From Armatimonadota bacterium (GTDB lineage Bacteria; Armatimonadota; Hebobacteria; CAIYQO01), in contig JBBRXO010000006.1 of assembly GCA_038248345.1 (NCBI GenBank), positions 10 to 64,009 of the forward strand: 64,000 nt of DNA. The letters are read 5' to 3'. The stretch's first letter is position 1. Each line of letters starts with the position of its first letter. Shown here in pieces: positions 27,996 to 38,929 of this stretch. Below the pieces are notes generated by a model. It was not told the DNA's origin. It saw nothing but the letters and a program-made list of their open reading frames with translations, and did no database searches. The position numbers and the translations under genes were made by a program.

Positions 27996-29534
27996 CTACC
28001 CGGCCATCTTACCCCGATCCAGGCTGCGATACTGGATAGCCTCAGCTAGGTGCGCCAACGCGATATCTGTGCTGGACTCCAGGTCAGCGATGGTGCGCGC
28101 TAATTTCAGGATACGATCATAGGCGCGGGCAGAGAGGTGCAACTGCTCGATAGCCGTACGCAGTAGCGCCTGCGTATCATCATGTAAGTGGCAGTACTGA
28201 CGAACATCACGGGGACGCATCTGGGCGTTGTTCATCACGTTTGTTCCCACAAACCGGTCGCGCTGGCGCACCCGTGCAGATGCCACCCGCGCCCGAACAT
28301 TTACTGACGGTTCACCCTGGCGATTTGAAAGCAGCTCATCCTGGCGCAAACGCGGTACTTCGATATGGATATCAAGACGATCAAGGATTGGGCCACTGAT
28401 GCGCGTCTGATATTTATTCACTTGCGTCGGTGAGCAGGTACAAGCGCGGCCTAAATCACCAAGGAAACCACACGGACACGGATTCATACTGGCGATCAAC
28501 TGCAAGCGTGCCGGATAAGAAAGGTTAGCTGCAGCGCGGGATATCGTTACTACGCCATCTTCCATCGGCTGTCGCAATACCTCCAGCACACGGCGGTCGA
28601 ATTCTGGAAATTCATCAAGAAAGAGTACGCCCTGATGCGCAAGGCTGATCTCCCCCGGACGCGGAATTGAACCGCCCCCCACCAGCCCCGCACTGCTGAT
28701 AGTATGATGCGGCGACCGGAAAGGGCGACTACGTACCAGCCCCACATCTCCAGGAAGCATACCGGCGATGGAATAAATTTTGGTGATCTCCAGCGCCTCA
28801 GAGAGCGACAAGGGCGGTAGGATTGTCGGTAATCTCCGCGCCAGCAACGTTTTGCCGGATCCCGGTGGGCCGATCATGAGCATATTATGCCCGCCAGCGG
28901 CAGCTACCTCCAGCGCACGCTTCACATGCGCCTGCCCCTTCACCTCGGAAAGATCGACATCAAATTCTACTTGCTCTGGTGACCAGTCAGAGACGGTGCT
29001 GGGGTGCGGACTGCGGTTTCCCGGCAACATAAACAACTCAGCAGCCTCCGCCAGACTCTCTACCGGATAGACCTCGATACCCTCAACCACCGACGCCTCC
29101 GGGGCATTATCACGTGGGACGATAAGGGCCGTCTTCCCCAGCGAATGCGCCGCCAGCGCAAAGGGCAACACCCCGGACACCGAGCGCACCGATCCGTCCA
29201 ACGATAACTCACCGATGATAAGGAATCGTTCCACATCCTCGCGGGGAATCTGCCCGGTGGCGAAGAGGATACCCATGGCAATAGGCAGGTCAAAACCTGG
29301 CCCCTCCTTGCGGATATCCGCCGGTGCCATGTTCACCACCAGGTTCACATTGGGCGGGTACTTCAGGCCCGAGTTGCGTAGTGCGGTTCGCACACGCTCG
29401 GTAGCCTCGCGCACGGAGGTATCAGGCAGTCCGACGATGGTGAATTTCTCCATCCCCGGGCCGGCATTAACCTGCACCTGCACGGCATAAGCATCGATGC
29501 CTAAAATGGCAGCAGAATCAACAATAGCAAGCAT
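27996..29534 (-). CDS. yifB: YifB/ComM family Mg-chelatase-like AAA+ ATPase
   Basis: 512 aa. N-terminal Lon-protease-like domain, Walker A GPPGSGKT, C-terminal ChlI-like domain. Confidence 0.9.
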   Translation of the reverse strand: MLAIVDSAAILGIDAYAVQVQVNAGPGMEKFTIVGLPDTSVREATERVRTALRNSGLKYPPNVNLVVNMAPADIRKEGPGFDLPIAMGILFATGQIPREDVERFLIIGELSLDGSVRSVSGVLPFALAAHSLGKTALIVPRDNAPEASVVEGIEVYPVESLAEAAELFMLPGNRSPHPSTVSDWSPEQVEFDVDLSEVKGQAHVKRALEVAAAGGHNMLMIGPPGSGKTLLARRLPTILPPLSLSEALEITKIYSIAGMLPGDVGLVRSRPFRSPHHTISSAGLVGGGSIPRPGEISLAHQGVLFLDEFPEFDRRVLEVLRQPMEDGVVTISRAAANLSYPARLQLIASMNPCPCGFLGDLGRACTCSPTQVNKYQTRISGPILDRLDIHIEVPRLRQDELLSNRQGEPSVNVRARVASARVRQRDRFVGTNVMNNAQMRPRDVRQYCHLHDDTQALLRTAIEQLHLSARAYDRILKLARTIADLESSTDIALAHLAEAIQYRSLDRGKMAG

Positions 29535-29601
29535 AGAACATAAATTCGCTACTCGCTAATAGATTCCTTCTATTTTATATGATAATTACGATCTTTTTTG
29601 C

Positions 29602-29640
29602 AAAAAAACGCCGTTCGGTACTCCGAACGGCGTTTTGTAT
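29602..29640. terminator. bidirectional rho-independent terminator between secF and yifB
   Basis: aaaaaaACGCCGTTCGG-tact-CCGAACGGCGTtttgtattt, with A-run and T-run flanks. Confidence 0.7.
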
Positions 29641-29659
29641 TTACCACATGCTATCTGAA

Positions 29660-30973
29660 TCAGCGTTTGCGTTTGGAAGATTTGCCCGCCTGACGTGCAT
29701 TCTGTAATGCGCTCGCCTCAGTGGGAGCGGCTGGCTCTTCAAATGTGATCACGCTCGACTGGGTAATTCCACCACCGGCTACTGCCGGGGCAACGGTATC
29801 AAAAGTGTGCATCTCACGGTCTTTGCTTGACGCCCAGCTGACCAGCAACTGGCTGGCGATACAGATGGAACTGTAACCACCGACGATCACACCGATTAGC
29901 ATCGCCGCGACGAAGTCGCGCAAACTGGGACCACCGAAGAGTAGTAGTGCGATCAAGGTGAACATTACCGTTAAAATCGTATTGACGGAACGGGCTAGCG
30001 TCTCTAACAATGAGACGTTGACTGTCTCCGCGAAGGTATTGCATTTTTTCAAGCGGATATTTTCACGAATACGGTCGAAGATGACGATGGTATCGTGAAT
30101 AGAATACCCTAGCACCGTGAGCAAAGCCGCCACGAATGGACTATTCACCACCAGGAACTGATGCAAAATAGCGAATGCTGAAACCAGGATGAACAGGTCA
30201 TGGAAGAGCGCGATAATCGCCGCTACAGAATATTTCCACCCCATACCACCAATATTATAGCGAATCCATATCCAAAGCATAATAAGGAGAGTACCGATAA
30301 TCAATGCCAGAATAGCTCGACTAATAAGATCAGATTTAACAGTTCCACCTACAGCCTCATGGCTTACCAGTGTTACACCGTTACCGATACTTGATCCTGC
30401 TGCCGGTATCTCGGTTACCGGTGTTGCAGCTGTTGCGCTAGATGGTTCAGCAATGGTCGCCGATGAAGAGATCGCAGCGGATGAGCTGTTCATCACCGGT
30501 TTCTCATCAGTTGTAACCGGGTTTTCATCAGTTTTACTGATAACCGCGCCACTTGCTTTCACGGCTGCGCTCACCACGGTATTGATCTTTTCCAATATTA
30601 CATTCTGATCATCTTCCTGGTTAGAGCTCAACGCTTTGACAATGATATCGTCACCTTTGCTGGTAGCGCTCGGCAATACTTGAATTTCGGCGTTCTTCAC
30701 TACTAGATCATTTTCACCACTTTTAGCGGCCAGATTCTCTCTGATCACTTCTTGGATTCTACCGTGATCAGGTAAAGTACCGCTCACGTGGTATGTCGCC
30801 TCAATACCACCTTTGAAGTCAATACCTAACGTAAGACCCCAGGTGAATAGAGCGATTATACCGGCAAGCGTCAGCAGGCCAGAAAACACATAGAAAGCGC
30901 CTCGTTTATCAACAAGGTCCCATTTTTGATTACGAAAGAGGTCAACCACGACGTTATGCCTCCACGGGGCCAT
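29660..30973 (-). CDS. secF: protein translocase subunit SecF (with long periplasmic insert)
   Basis: 437 aa. DFKGGIE motif and RND-type 6-TM C-terminal half. Follows secD on the same strand. Confidence 0.85.
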   Translation of the reverse strand: MAPWRHNVVVDLFRNQKWDLVDKRGAFYVFSGLLTLAGIIALFTWGLTLGIDFKGGIEATYHVSGTLPDHGRIQEVIRENLAAKSGENDLVVKNAEIQVLPSATSKGDDIIVKALSSNQEDDQNVILEKINTVVSAAVKASGAVISKTDENPVTTDEKPVMNSSSAAISSSATIAEPSSATAATPVTEIPAAGSSIGNGVTLVSHEAVGGTVKSDLISRAILALIIGTLLIMLWIWIRYNIGGMGWKYSVAAIIALFHDLFILVSAFAILHQFLVVNSPFVAALLTVLGYSIHDTIVIFDRIRENIRLKKCNTFAETVNVSLLETLARSVNTILTVMFTLIALLLFGGPSLRDFVAAMLIGVIVGGYSSICIASQLLVSWASSKDREMHTFDTVAPAVAGGGITQSSVITFEEPAAPTEASALQNARQAGKSSKRKR

Positions 30974-31023
30974 CCCCGGTATGTCAAATTAGCGGCAATG
31001 CTCACCGCTGACAAAAAGCTAAA

Positions 31024-32805
31024 TTACAGTCCGTACCAAGATAGGTTGTGCCCGGATTTTGAATGTACCATCAATTTCATAAAGAGCCGTGTGACAGACA
31101 CAGCAGTGAAGAGCGATACCGCTACACCGATAACCAGTGTCACTGCGAATCCTTTCACTGCTCCAGTTCCGAAGGACCAGAGAACCATACCAGTGATGAG
31201 AGAAGCGACGTTAGAGTCGAGAATAGCTGTCCAGGCACGGGCGAAAGCAATATCAATAGCTGACTCCAGCGGTTTACCCATCCGCAACTCTTCCTTCAGG
31301 CGCTCAAAGATAATCACGTTGGCATCCACCGCCATACCGATGGCGATAATGAAACCGGCGATACCCGGTAATGTCAGCGTAGCGTTAAAGAAGCGTAACA
31401 CCGCCAGCGAGAGGAAGATGTATACGATAAGCGCCAGGTTGGCCATTAATCCCGGCAAACGGTAATAGGCGAACATGAAGATGAGAACCAGCGCCAGACC
31501 GATGAGGCCGGCGAAGAGACTACGCTGTACCGAATCAGCTCCCAGTGTCGCACTAACCAGCCGGTTCTCCACTACTTTGATTGGCACTGGCAATGCACCA
31601 GCATTGAGCAATACCGACAGATCTCTGGCTTCATCGCCGGTAAAGCTTCCGGTGATTTCACCTGAGCCGCCAGTGATCGGTGTCTGAATAACCGGCGCAG
31701 TGATAACCGTGTCATCGAGGACGATGGCTAACTGTTCCTTCACGTGGGCCCGGGTAGTATTTGCAAAAATATCTTTGGCGCGATCATTACCGAAAGTGAA
31801 TGAAACAGCGTAGCCCTGCGGGTTCTGCGGATCGCTGGTTACGGTGCTGTTTGGCAACAGATCTTTGCCTTCCAATATAAGCGTGGAGGCGGCGATAGCC
31901 TCTTCCACTGTCATATTAGGATTAGTCGCACTGAATACAGTGGTCTTTCCGGTGTTTTTATCGGTACTCACCTGGATGCTTTTGGGTACTAGTTTGAATT
32001 GCATCAAACCAGGTTTACCGAGCATCTGCATCACACGCTCCGGGTCTTTCACGCCAGGAATTTCCAATACCACCTGGTCGGAACCCTGTTTGTATGCGGT
32101 CACTTCCGCCAGCCCGGTACCATTGAGACGATTCTCCATGATCTGGGTTACAGAAGTCTGCTCCTGCTCACTCGCCTGCTTGAAGATGGAGGCGTTGCGA
32201 TCAGATTTGATAATATCTGAGGTTTTCGGTTCCGTATATTCCTGCCCGACGAAGACTGCCTTTATTGCATCATTTATCTGACGCAGCTGCGCAGTTGCTA
32301 CTTCCGCAGAATCCGGTTGGGTAGTAATAGTGATCAACGATGTATTATTCTTATCGCCGAGTACCGCTTCGGAGATTACAACGCGTACCTTCTTGGAATC
32401 ACGTGCATCCGTCCCTAATCGACTTGGTTCGGCCAAGGCAGCAATCAGCTTGACCTGGTAACTACTAACCTCGTCGGTACCGGTGATGCCTTTCTTCAGC
32501 TCGTAAGTGAAGTCGGCCCGGTTAGAGATTTTGATTGCCACGCGCATACCGCCCCGAAGGTCGAGACCAAGTCGAAGATCATGTTGCGGCACGTACAGGA
32601 AAAACTTTACTTTGCCCAGCTCAAATAGCTCTTTCGGCACCGATGTCGGGCTGAATTTGCTATCTGCCGTGGCCGTGCGCAGATACTTGGTTGCGTCCGT
32701 CGGGTCTTTACGCGGCGATATTGTTATCGGCTTAAAGACGACAAAGAAAGCGAGAACGGTCAACGCAATTATACTTGTCAACCATATGGAATGTGAGTTA
32801 CGCAT
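31024..32805 (-). CDS. secD: protein translocase subunit SecD
   Basis: 593 aa. LGLDLRGGMRV motif, large periplasmic domain, 6-TM C-terminal half. Confidence 0.9.
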   Translation of the reverse strand: MRNSHSIWLTSIIALTVLAFFVVFKPITISPRKDPTDATKYLRTATADSKFSPTSVPKELFELGKVKFFLYVPQHDLRLGLDLRGGMRVAIKISNRADFTYELKKGITGTDEVSSYQVKLIAALAEPSRLGTDARDSKKVRVVISEAVLGDKNNTSLITITTQPDSAEVATAQLRQINDAIKAVFVGQEYTEPKTSDIIKSDRNASIFKQASEQEQTSVTQIMENRLNGTGLAEVTAYKQGSDQVVLEIPGVKDPERVMQMLGKPGLMQFKLVPKSIQVSTDKNTGKTTVFSATNPNMTVEEAIAASTLILEGKDLLPNSTVTSDPQNPQGYAVSFTFGNDRAKDIFANTTRAHVKEQLAIVLDDTVITAPVIQTPITGGSGEITGSFTGDEARDLSVLLNAGALPVPIKVVENRLVSATLGADSVQRSLFAGLIGLALVLIFMFAYYRLPGLMANLALIVYIFLSLAVLRFFNATLTLPGIAGFIIAIGMAVDANVIIFERLKEELRMGKPLESAIDIAFARAWTAILDSNVASLITGMVLWSFGTGAVKGFAVTLVIGVAVSLFTAVSVTRLFMKLMVHSKSGHNLSWYGL

Positions 32806-32988
32806 CCGACAGAACTCCTATATCATCGGCCATCTGCGGCCTGAAGGTAGGGCAGAACAGCCGCCCGCCTATATATAAACGTAAAGAATCCGAAGCACAT
32901 ATGGCCTCGGTTCAAATTAGTATAGCCTAATGGCAGGCTAGCGTCAACCAGAAATACATGAATCTTTCGTAAAACTGGCATTTTCGGC

Positions 32989-34152
32989 TCAGCTATGCTT
33001 TACGATCTCCTGCCAAATTGCTTTTTTTACATTATTACTGGCATTTTCGGCTAATGTTGTTAGTGAAACACCGGCGGTAGCGGCATCAAACGCGGTCAAC
33101 ACCAATACCGGTTTTCGGTCAAAAGTGATGTATGCATTTTCGTCCATGACCGTAAAGTCCACATTGAATTGCTGGATATACTGCTGATGCAGAATATCAT
33201 TTATCGTCGCAACTGCTGTCGTTATTCTTTCAGCAGCTGTTTTGCTGCCGTTAGCTTCAGTTAGCGTAACGATCGTCAACCCCGACATGGTCAACTGGTA
33301 TCCTTTTTCCTCACCTTTGGGGGCCACCATCACGGCACGGAATGCCAGCACACGCCAGAGATTTATGCTCACACCCAATTCCTTCAAATGTTTTTCAATT
33401 GCCACCAGCCGTTCTTTCGATGCCGGGTGCGTCCGTAGAAAACCGGGATCATCGGCAGCGCGACTTTGCTCCATCTGCTTAAAGCCCAGCATAACCGAAT
33501 ACATCCCCAGCGGGTCGTACTTTTTTGAATTATACAGATAATCCACTGCGTGCATGTCAGCTTCTTCTTCCATATCTTCCTGATATCCATTATTCAACGA
33601 TTGCACCACTAATGAGCTCATCGTCGATATCGCCGCGGTAGGCGGTACATCACCGGAGCTGCCCCGCACGAATACGGAGGCAACTGTAGCTAGCAGCCAG
33701 GCTAAATTTCCGCGGGCTTTGCTGTTCAGCATCTTCTGCACATGGCCGAGTGAGTTATGCGCCATCTCATGCGCCATCACTCCTGCCAGTTCATCGTCAC
33801 TCTCCACCGCTTTCAGCAATGCACTGGTGAAATATATCGTGCCGCCAGGTATCGACATGGCGTTAGGTTCATTATCCTCGATAATCTTACAGGTGTAGAC
33901 CACGCCCGGGCGCTCGGTGAATGGCACAATAATTGCCGTCATCGCATTCAGCTTCGCCATGGCCACATCATCTTTCACCATCTTACTGCTGCGTTCTATC
34001 TCATCAGCAGTCTTCTTCCCCAACGCGGCTTCCGCCTTTGTCGTGGCAGTGGCGTCGACTTGCGGGGCAACCGGGGGCGTTGTCGGTTCCGCTCCCGTTA
34101 CCAATAACGCGAAGAATATTAATATGCTCAACAGCAATGGAAGACGATTCAT
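32989..34152 (-). CDS. secreted M48-family zinc metallopeptidase
   Basis: HEMAHNSLGH HExxH motif and signal peptide. Start set at the internal ATG (MNRLPLLLSILIFFALLV); the ORF extends to 34167, abutting the dxs stop. Confidence 0.75.
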   Translation of the reverse strand: MNRLPLLLSILIFFALLVTGAEPTTPPVAPQVDATATTKAEAALGKKTADEIERSSKMVKDDVAMAKLNAMTAIIVPFTERPGVVYTCKIIEDNEPNAMSIPGGTIYFTSALLKAVESDDELAGVMAHEMAHNSLGHVQKMLNSKARGNLAWLLATVASVFVRGSSGDVPPTAAISTMSSLVVQSLNNGYQEDMEEEADMHAVDYLYNSKKYDPLGMYSVMLGFKQMEQSRAADDPGFLRTHPASKERLVAIEKHLKELGVSINLWRVLAFRAVMVAPKGEEKGYQLTMSGLTIVTLTEANGSKTAAERITTAVATINDILHQQYIQQFNVDFTVMDENAYITFDRKPVLVLTAFDAATAGVSLTTLAENASNNVKKAIWQEIVKHS

Positions 34153-34166
34153 ATTCTCTCCTGGCA

Positions 34167-36059
34167 CTATACCTTAACGGCTGTAGTTGCTCGCTTGAGC
34201 GTAGTTAATCGTGCCGCTATAGATGCGGCAATACCAGCCGGATGTAGCCCCAACCGGGCCAGTAGCACGCCACGCGGCCCTTGTCCGACGAATTCATCGG
34301 GTATACCCAGCGAGTATACCGGCGTGGCAACCTGTTTGGCCGAGTAGAACTCCCGCACAACCGAAGCGAAGCCGCCACACAGCACATTTTCCTCTAATGT
34401 CACCACCAGAGGAGTATCGGCAGCAGCGAGCAAGGTGGCGCTATCCAGCGGTTTGACGAAACGGGCATTGATCACCCGTGCTGCAATACCTTGTTGTTCC
34501 AGTAACTCCGCCGCCCGTAGCGCACGGGACACCATGGAACCGATGGCCACCAACGCCAGATCATCACCTGGGCGCAAGACCGCCGCTCGTCCGCGCGCGA
34601 TATCGGCTAAATCCCCACCCTCATCCAGATTCGCCTTACCTTTGGGGTAACGAATTGCGCTGGGGCCGCTCAATTGCAGGGAGTATTTGAGCATTGCATC
34701 CAACTCTGCCAGCGTCGCCGGGGCCATAACGGTCATATTCGGCATTAAGTGCAGATAGGACAAATCGAAAACCCCATGGTGAGTAGGGCCGTCGTCGCCC
34801 ACTAACCCGGCGCGGTCAAGTGCGAAGGTAACCGGCAGATTCTGCAGACAGACATCATGGAGGATCTGGTCAAATCCACGCTGCAGGAATGTGGAATATA
34901 TCCCCACTACCGGCCGCAACCCCTCCACAGCCATGCCCGCCGCCAACGTAACTGCGTGCTCCTCCGCCATCGCGACATCGAAGAATCTGGTCGGAAATTG
35001 CGCGCGAAAATCATTCAAACCGGTGCCGTCGCACATGGCAGCCGAGATAGCCACCACCCGCGGATCAGCTTCTGCCAGGCGCAATACTGTGCTCCCAAAT
35101 GTCCGAGTGTAGGTCTCCTGCGCCGGACAGTCCACCGGTTCGCCGCTCTCCAGATCAAAGGCGGTCACCCCATGCAGACGACAATTGTGCTCCTCCGCAG
35201 GTGAATAACCTTTGCCTTTGGTGGTCAGGACGTGCAATAAAACCGGGCCTTCCAGTCGCCTAGCCTGCTTCAACGCATCAATAAGCTGCGGAATATTGTG
35301 CCCATTTATCGGCCCCAGATAGGTGAAGCCAAAATCTTCGAATAGCATCCCGGGGATGACAATCTGCTTGACACCAGATTTCAGTCGCTCTACTACTTCT
35401 ACCACAGTATTACCGCCCGGCACGCGGTTCATCAAAGTAGTGAAGTTCTCCTTGGCGCGCAGGTACATCGGGCCGCTGCGGATACGTCGCAGATATTGCG
35501 CCATCGCCCCGACATTTGGGGAAATTGCCATGGCGTTATCATTGAGGATCACCAATAGATTCGTCTTGGCTCGCCCGGCATCGTTCATCGCCTCCAGCGC
35601 CATCCCGGAGGATAGCGCACCGTCGCCGATAATTGCCACCACGCGCCCCGGTTTACCGGTAAGTTCGTGCGCGCGCGCTATCCCCAGCGCGGCACTGATG
35701 GAGGTGCCACCGTGCCCAGCGTCAAAAGCATCATGCTCACTTTCCTCACGTTTGGCAAAACCGGAGAGGCCATCGAGTTGACGTAACGTCGGGAACTGCT
35801 CGCGCCTTCCCGTGAGTAATTTGTGTGTGTATGCCTGATGACTGACATCCCAGACCAGCCGGTCTATCGGGCTGTCGAAGACGTAATGCAGCGCGATGGT
35901 TAACTCCACCACGCCGAGGTTTGCCCCCAGGTGCCCACCGGTGGTCGCCAATGTCTCCAGCAGGAATCCACGAATCTCCGCTGCCAACACCGGCAGCTGT
36001 TCCGGGGTAATCCGCTTCAAGTCCTCCGGGGTATTTATCTTTTCTAACAATAAAGTCAC
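34167..36059 (-). CDS. dxs: 1-deoxy-D-xylulose-5-phosphate synthase
   Basis: 630 aa. TPEDLKRI start, GHxGxSxS TPP-binding motifs, full-length DXS. Confidence 0.95.
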   Translation of the reverse strand: MTLLLEKINTPEDLKRITPEQLPVLAAEIRGFLLETLATTGGHLGANLGVVELTIALHYVFDSPIDRLVWDVSHQAYTHKLLTGRREQFPTLRQLDGLSGFAKREESEHDAFDAGHGGTSISAALGIARAHELTGKPGRVVAIIGDGALSSGMALEAMNDAGRAKTNLLVILNDNAMAISPNVGAMAQYLRRIRSGPMYLRAKENFTTLMNRVPGGNTVVEVVERLKSGVKQIVIPGMLFEDFGFTYLGPINGHNIPQLIDALKQARRLEGPVLLHVLTTKGKGYSPAEEHNCRLHGVTAFDLESGEPVDCPAQETYTRTFGSTVLRLAEADPRVVAISAAMCDGTGLNDFRAQFPTRFFDVAMAEEHAVTLAAGMAVEGLRPVVGIYSTFLQRGFDQILHDVCLQNLPVTFALDRAGLVGDDGPTHHGVFDLSYLHLMPNMTVMAPATLAELDAMLKYSLQLSGPSAIRYPKGKANLDEGGDLADIARGRAAVLRPGDDLALVAIGSMVSRALRAAELLEQQGIAARVINARFVKPLDSATLLAAADTPLVVTLEENVLCGGFASVVREFYSAKQVATPVYSLGIPDEFVGQGPRGVLLARLGLHPAGIAASIAARLTTLKRATTAVKV

Positions 36060-36149
36060 GTTTACCTGTTCCTAGTTCCTGATTATTAGTCTATTGTACC
36101 ACCGTCTGGGCAATTGTATGAATAGCAAGCTAACACTTTTCTCATCAGG

Positions 36150-36716
36150 TCACAGCCTTAATGCCTTCGGAAGTGGTAGTTTCCGGCCCAACAGCGAATA
36201 TTTACGTGCCAGAGTCAGAAAATCACATTGTAGTATCATCAGCAATTCCGGCGCTGGCCGGGCGGCCAGGTACTGCTGCACTAAAGGTTCCAATGCATCG
36301 TTAAAACCATCACGTGATGCGCCGTGCGAGCCGCGCCCGACTTTGCGGATAGTGCCGTCGAACATCGGCGATATGTGGTAAAGCTCATGGATGAGCGTCA
36401 GAACCCGGCGCTCATAAGGCTGCTCGAAGAAACGCGGTACGTAAATATAGATGACGTAGAGCACATCACCGTGCGGAGTGGGAATCTGCGGTAACGAGTA
36501 ATGCGCACCATGCATCACTTTCAATGGGGTACCGTCAGGAAAACGTAGCCCAGCTATTTTCGCAAAGACGCCTCCGGGCGATATATTTCGAGTAGAAGTG
36601 ACAGCAAACAACACCCGCCGGACATCGATATGCGCGAATTCCGGCAGGCGTTGGCAGATATCTCTCACGATATTAGCGATATGCTCGGTAAGGTTTAGCT
36701 GAGGTTTCTTTCCCAC
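36150..36716 (-). CDS. hypothetical protein with HExxH (HELYH) motif, putative metal-dependent hydrolase
   Basis: 188 aa. LIHELYHISPMFDG; no confident family match. Confidence 0.45.
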   Translation of the reverse strand: MGKKPQLNLTEHIANIVRDICQRLPEFAHIDVRRVLFAVTSTRNISPGGVFAKIAGLRFPDGTPLKVMHGAHYSLPQIPTPHGDVLYVIYIYVPRFFEQPYERRVLTLIHELYHISPMFDGTIRKVGRGSHGASRDGFNDALEPLVQQYLAARPAPELLMILQCDFLTLARKYSLLGRKLPLPKALRL

Positions 36717-36722
36717 AGAAGG

Positions 36723-37076
36723 CTATTCCTCGCCTTCTTCGGTGGTCACATCGGTGGTCTCTTCCTCATGCTTACCAATTTTGGCGCGCATTTCCCGTAA
36801 TGCAGCGATCTCGGCGTCAATCTCTTTGATGCGAATGTATTCCGGACGCAACAGCTTCTCGGCAAATGTATCCTCATCGAACATGCGGATAAGCAGATCA
36901 AGCATAGCCTCGCGGCATTGCGCCTTCTCCTTTTCCTTGGTGGCAATCTGCGCCCCGATGTGCTGGCTCTCCCGCATATCATTAATGCGTTCACCAGCAT
37001 TCTGTGCTACATCGGCCAAGCGGCCACCCAGGTCATCAATTGTCTTCTTTACCTTTTCTGAGAAATCCTGATCCAT
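36723..37076 (-). CDS. small acidic coiled-coil hypothetical protein
   Basis: 117 aa, charged/heptad-rich. 7 nt upstream of the 188-aa ORF on the same strand. Confidence 0.4.
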   Translation of the reverse strand: MDQDFSEKVKKTIDDLGGRLADVAQNAGERINDMRESQHIGAQIATKEKEKAQCREAMLDLLIRMFDEDTFAEKLLRPEYIRIKEIDAEIAALREMRAKIGKHEEETTDVTTEEGEE

Positions 37077-37199
37077 TATTATTACCTCCTGTGGGTATTC
37101 TACTCTTTAATATTCCACAACAGTGGCGGAAATTCCTTCATTCTTTCACACATCTCCCATCGCTTAACGAAACCCCGCAATTTCGTTATACTAGCAGTT

Positions 37200-38333
37200 A
37201 TGGAAAATCAGGTGACAGGTATACATACGTCAGTAGGGGTAGTGGAGACGAAATATTTCCACTACGACGATAAGCTGCAGCTCGAATCCGGGGAGTCCGT
37301 GGGGCCCCTCACCATCGCTTACGAAACTTACGGAATCCTGAACCCAGCGAAAGACAATGCCATCCTGATCGTTCACTCCCTCACCAGTGACGCCCATGCG
37401 GCTGGTCTGCATGAGGGTGATGACCCCGCCAAACCGGGCTGGTGGGAGATGATGATCGGCCCCGGCAAGGCCTTTGACACCGAGCGTTTCTTCGTCGTCT
37501 GCTCCAATGTGCTGGGTGGGTGCCGGGGAACTACTGGGCCTACCTCGGTAAACCCGGATACCGGCGAACTATTCGGCATGACCTTTCCCATCATCACCGT
37601 CGGCGATATGGTGAATACCCAAGTTTTGCTGACCGATCACCTGGGGATCGACTGTTGGGCCGCTGTTTCCGGCGGCAGCATGGGCGGGATGCAGGCACTG
37701 CAATGGGCGGTAGCCTATCCTGACCGAGTGGCTCGCTGCATCCCCATCGCCACCACGCACCGGCTGACGGCACAAGGTATCGCCTTCAGCGCCGTGGGCC
37801 GCGCCAGCATCATGAGTGATCCGCACTGGTGTAACGGTGAATATTATAAAAACGCCGTGGGGCCGGATAGCGGGCTGGCCGTGGCGCGCATGATCGCGCA
37901 TATCACTTATCTTTCCGAACAGGCGATGCACGAAAAATTTGGCCGCAGTCTGCGGCATGCCGAAGCCTACTCATGGAATTTCTCCCCCGAATTCTCCGTG
38001 GAGACCTATCTGCAATATCAGGGTCATTCCTTTGTCAAGCGTTTTGATGCCAACAGTTACCTCTACATCACCAAAGCGATGGACTACTTCGACCTAGGTG
38101 CCGCTTCTGGATCGCTGGCAGCAGCGATGGTAGGGGTGCGGGCACGCTTCCTGGTAATTTCCTTCAGTAGCGACTGGCTCTTCCCCACTCCGCAATCGCG
38201 CGAAATTGTGCGCGCACTGCGCTGGAACGGTATCGATGTAAGCTTTGTAGAGCTATCCACCCCCCACGGTCACGATGCCTTCCTGCTGGAATATGAAGAG
38301 CAGACACAATTAATCCGTGGGTTTCTGGGGTAA
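37200..38333 (+). CDS. metX: homoserine O-acetyltransferase
   Basis: 377 aa. alpha/beta hydrolase with GGSMGGMQAL nucleophile elbow and MetX N-terminal region. Confidence 0.9.
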   Translation: MENQVTGIHTSVGVVETKYFHYDDKLQLESGESVGPLTIAYETYGILNPAKDNAILIVHSLTSDAHAAGLHEGDDPAKPGWWEMMIGPGKAFDTERFFVVCSNVLGGCRGTTGPTSVNPDTGELFGMTFPIITVGDMVNTQVLLTDHLGIDCWAAVSGGSMGGMQALQWAVAYPDRVARCIPIATTHRLTAQGIAFSAVGRASIMSDPHWCNGEYYKNAVGPDSGLAVARMIAHITYLSEQAMHEKFGRSLRHAEAYSWNFSPEFSVETYLQYQGHSFVKRFDANSYLYITKAMDYFDLGAASGSLAAAMVGVRARFLVISFSSDWLFPTPQSREIVRALRWNGIDVSFVELSTPHGHDAFLLEYEEQTQLIRGFLG

Positions 38334-38412
38334 CAGAATAAAAACATAACTCCTTTCAAAAGAATCAGAAATGAAGTGACACCCCGGTAATTAATTCCGG
38401 AGCTATCGAAAA

Positions 38413-38545
38413 CGCCCCATGAATGGGACTTTACCGGGGGAAACAAGCCCCATTCATGGGGCGCATTACGATAGCCCCGTCCTTCAGGGCGGGGAATGGG
38501 GCAGACGGACTTAAACACTCTAAATCAGCCTTGGAACTTGAAACT
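38413..38545 (+). repeat. dispersed composite repeat (family C): 15-bp-stem hairpin, CCCCATTCATGGGGCGCA core, CCCCGTCCTTCAGGGCGGGG hairpin, AACACTCTAAATCAGCC, then TTGGAAC heptads
   Basis: Sub-segments recur at 54450-54515 (inverted; about 27-bp and 20-bp matches) and 63082-63114 (27/33 match). Confidence 0.65.
38531..38544 (+). promoter_or_regulatory. tandem heptanucleotide tract (TTGGAAC)(TTGAAAC) upstream of a 22-codon small ORF
   Basis: Seen in sequence. Confidence 0.55.
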
Positions 38546-38564
38546 ATTTCGCAGGAAAATAACA

Positions 38565-38633
38565 ATGAAAATTGCACTATACGCCCCGATAAAAAATGTG
38601 GTAAAACAAGATGTTCTGGCGATTTTGGCGTAA
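38565..38633 (+). CDS. candidate 22-aa small ORF / leader peptide (MKIALYAPIKNVVKQDVLAILA)
   Basis: ATG 9 nt after CAGGAAAA. Heptad tract upstream. Perfect terminator hairpin immediately downstream (38648-38690). About 300 nt upstream of the pdaD operon. Confidence 0.35.
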   Translation: MKIALYAPIKNVVKQDVLAILA

Positions 38634-38647
38634 ATTATCTTCCTGCA

Positions 38648-38690
38648 GGCTAATGATTGTACAATTATTAGCCCATTTTTTGCTTTTTAC
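38648..38690 (+). terminator. rho-independent terminator (GGCTAAT-loop-ATTAGCC plus T-run)
   Basis: ggctaatgattgtacaattattagcc followed by cattttttgcttttt. Confidence 0.65.
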
Positions 38691-38929
38691 CGCTAAAGTA
38701 CTGGTATAAATGCTGGTAATAAGCTATAATAGCGCGCATTGTAACGTTGATACGGTACATAAAGAACCCGCCCAGGAAGGGATTAATGAACCAGAGTTGC
38801 TGAAGAGCACCATTGTCTGGGGTTGGCTGAAGGATTGCCCAAATACTGGCCGGAATCGGCTGGGGCCACCTTGGGGTGGTGCTTTCGTGCGCCTGATGGC
38901 GAATGAGTATAATTTAAGGGAGAAAAATA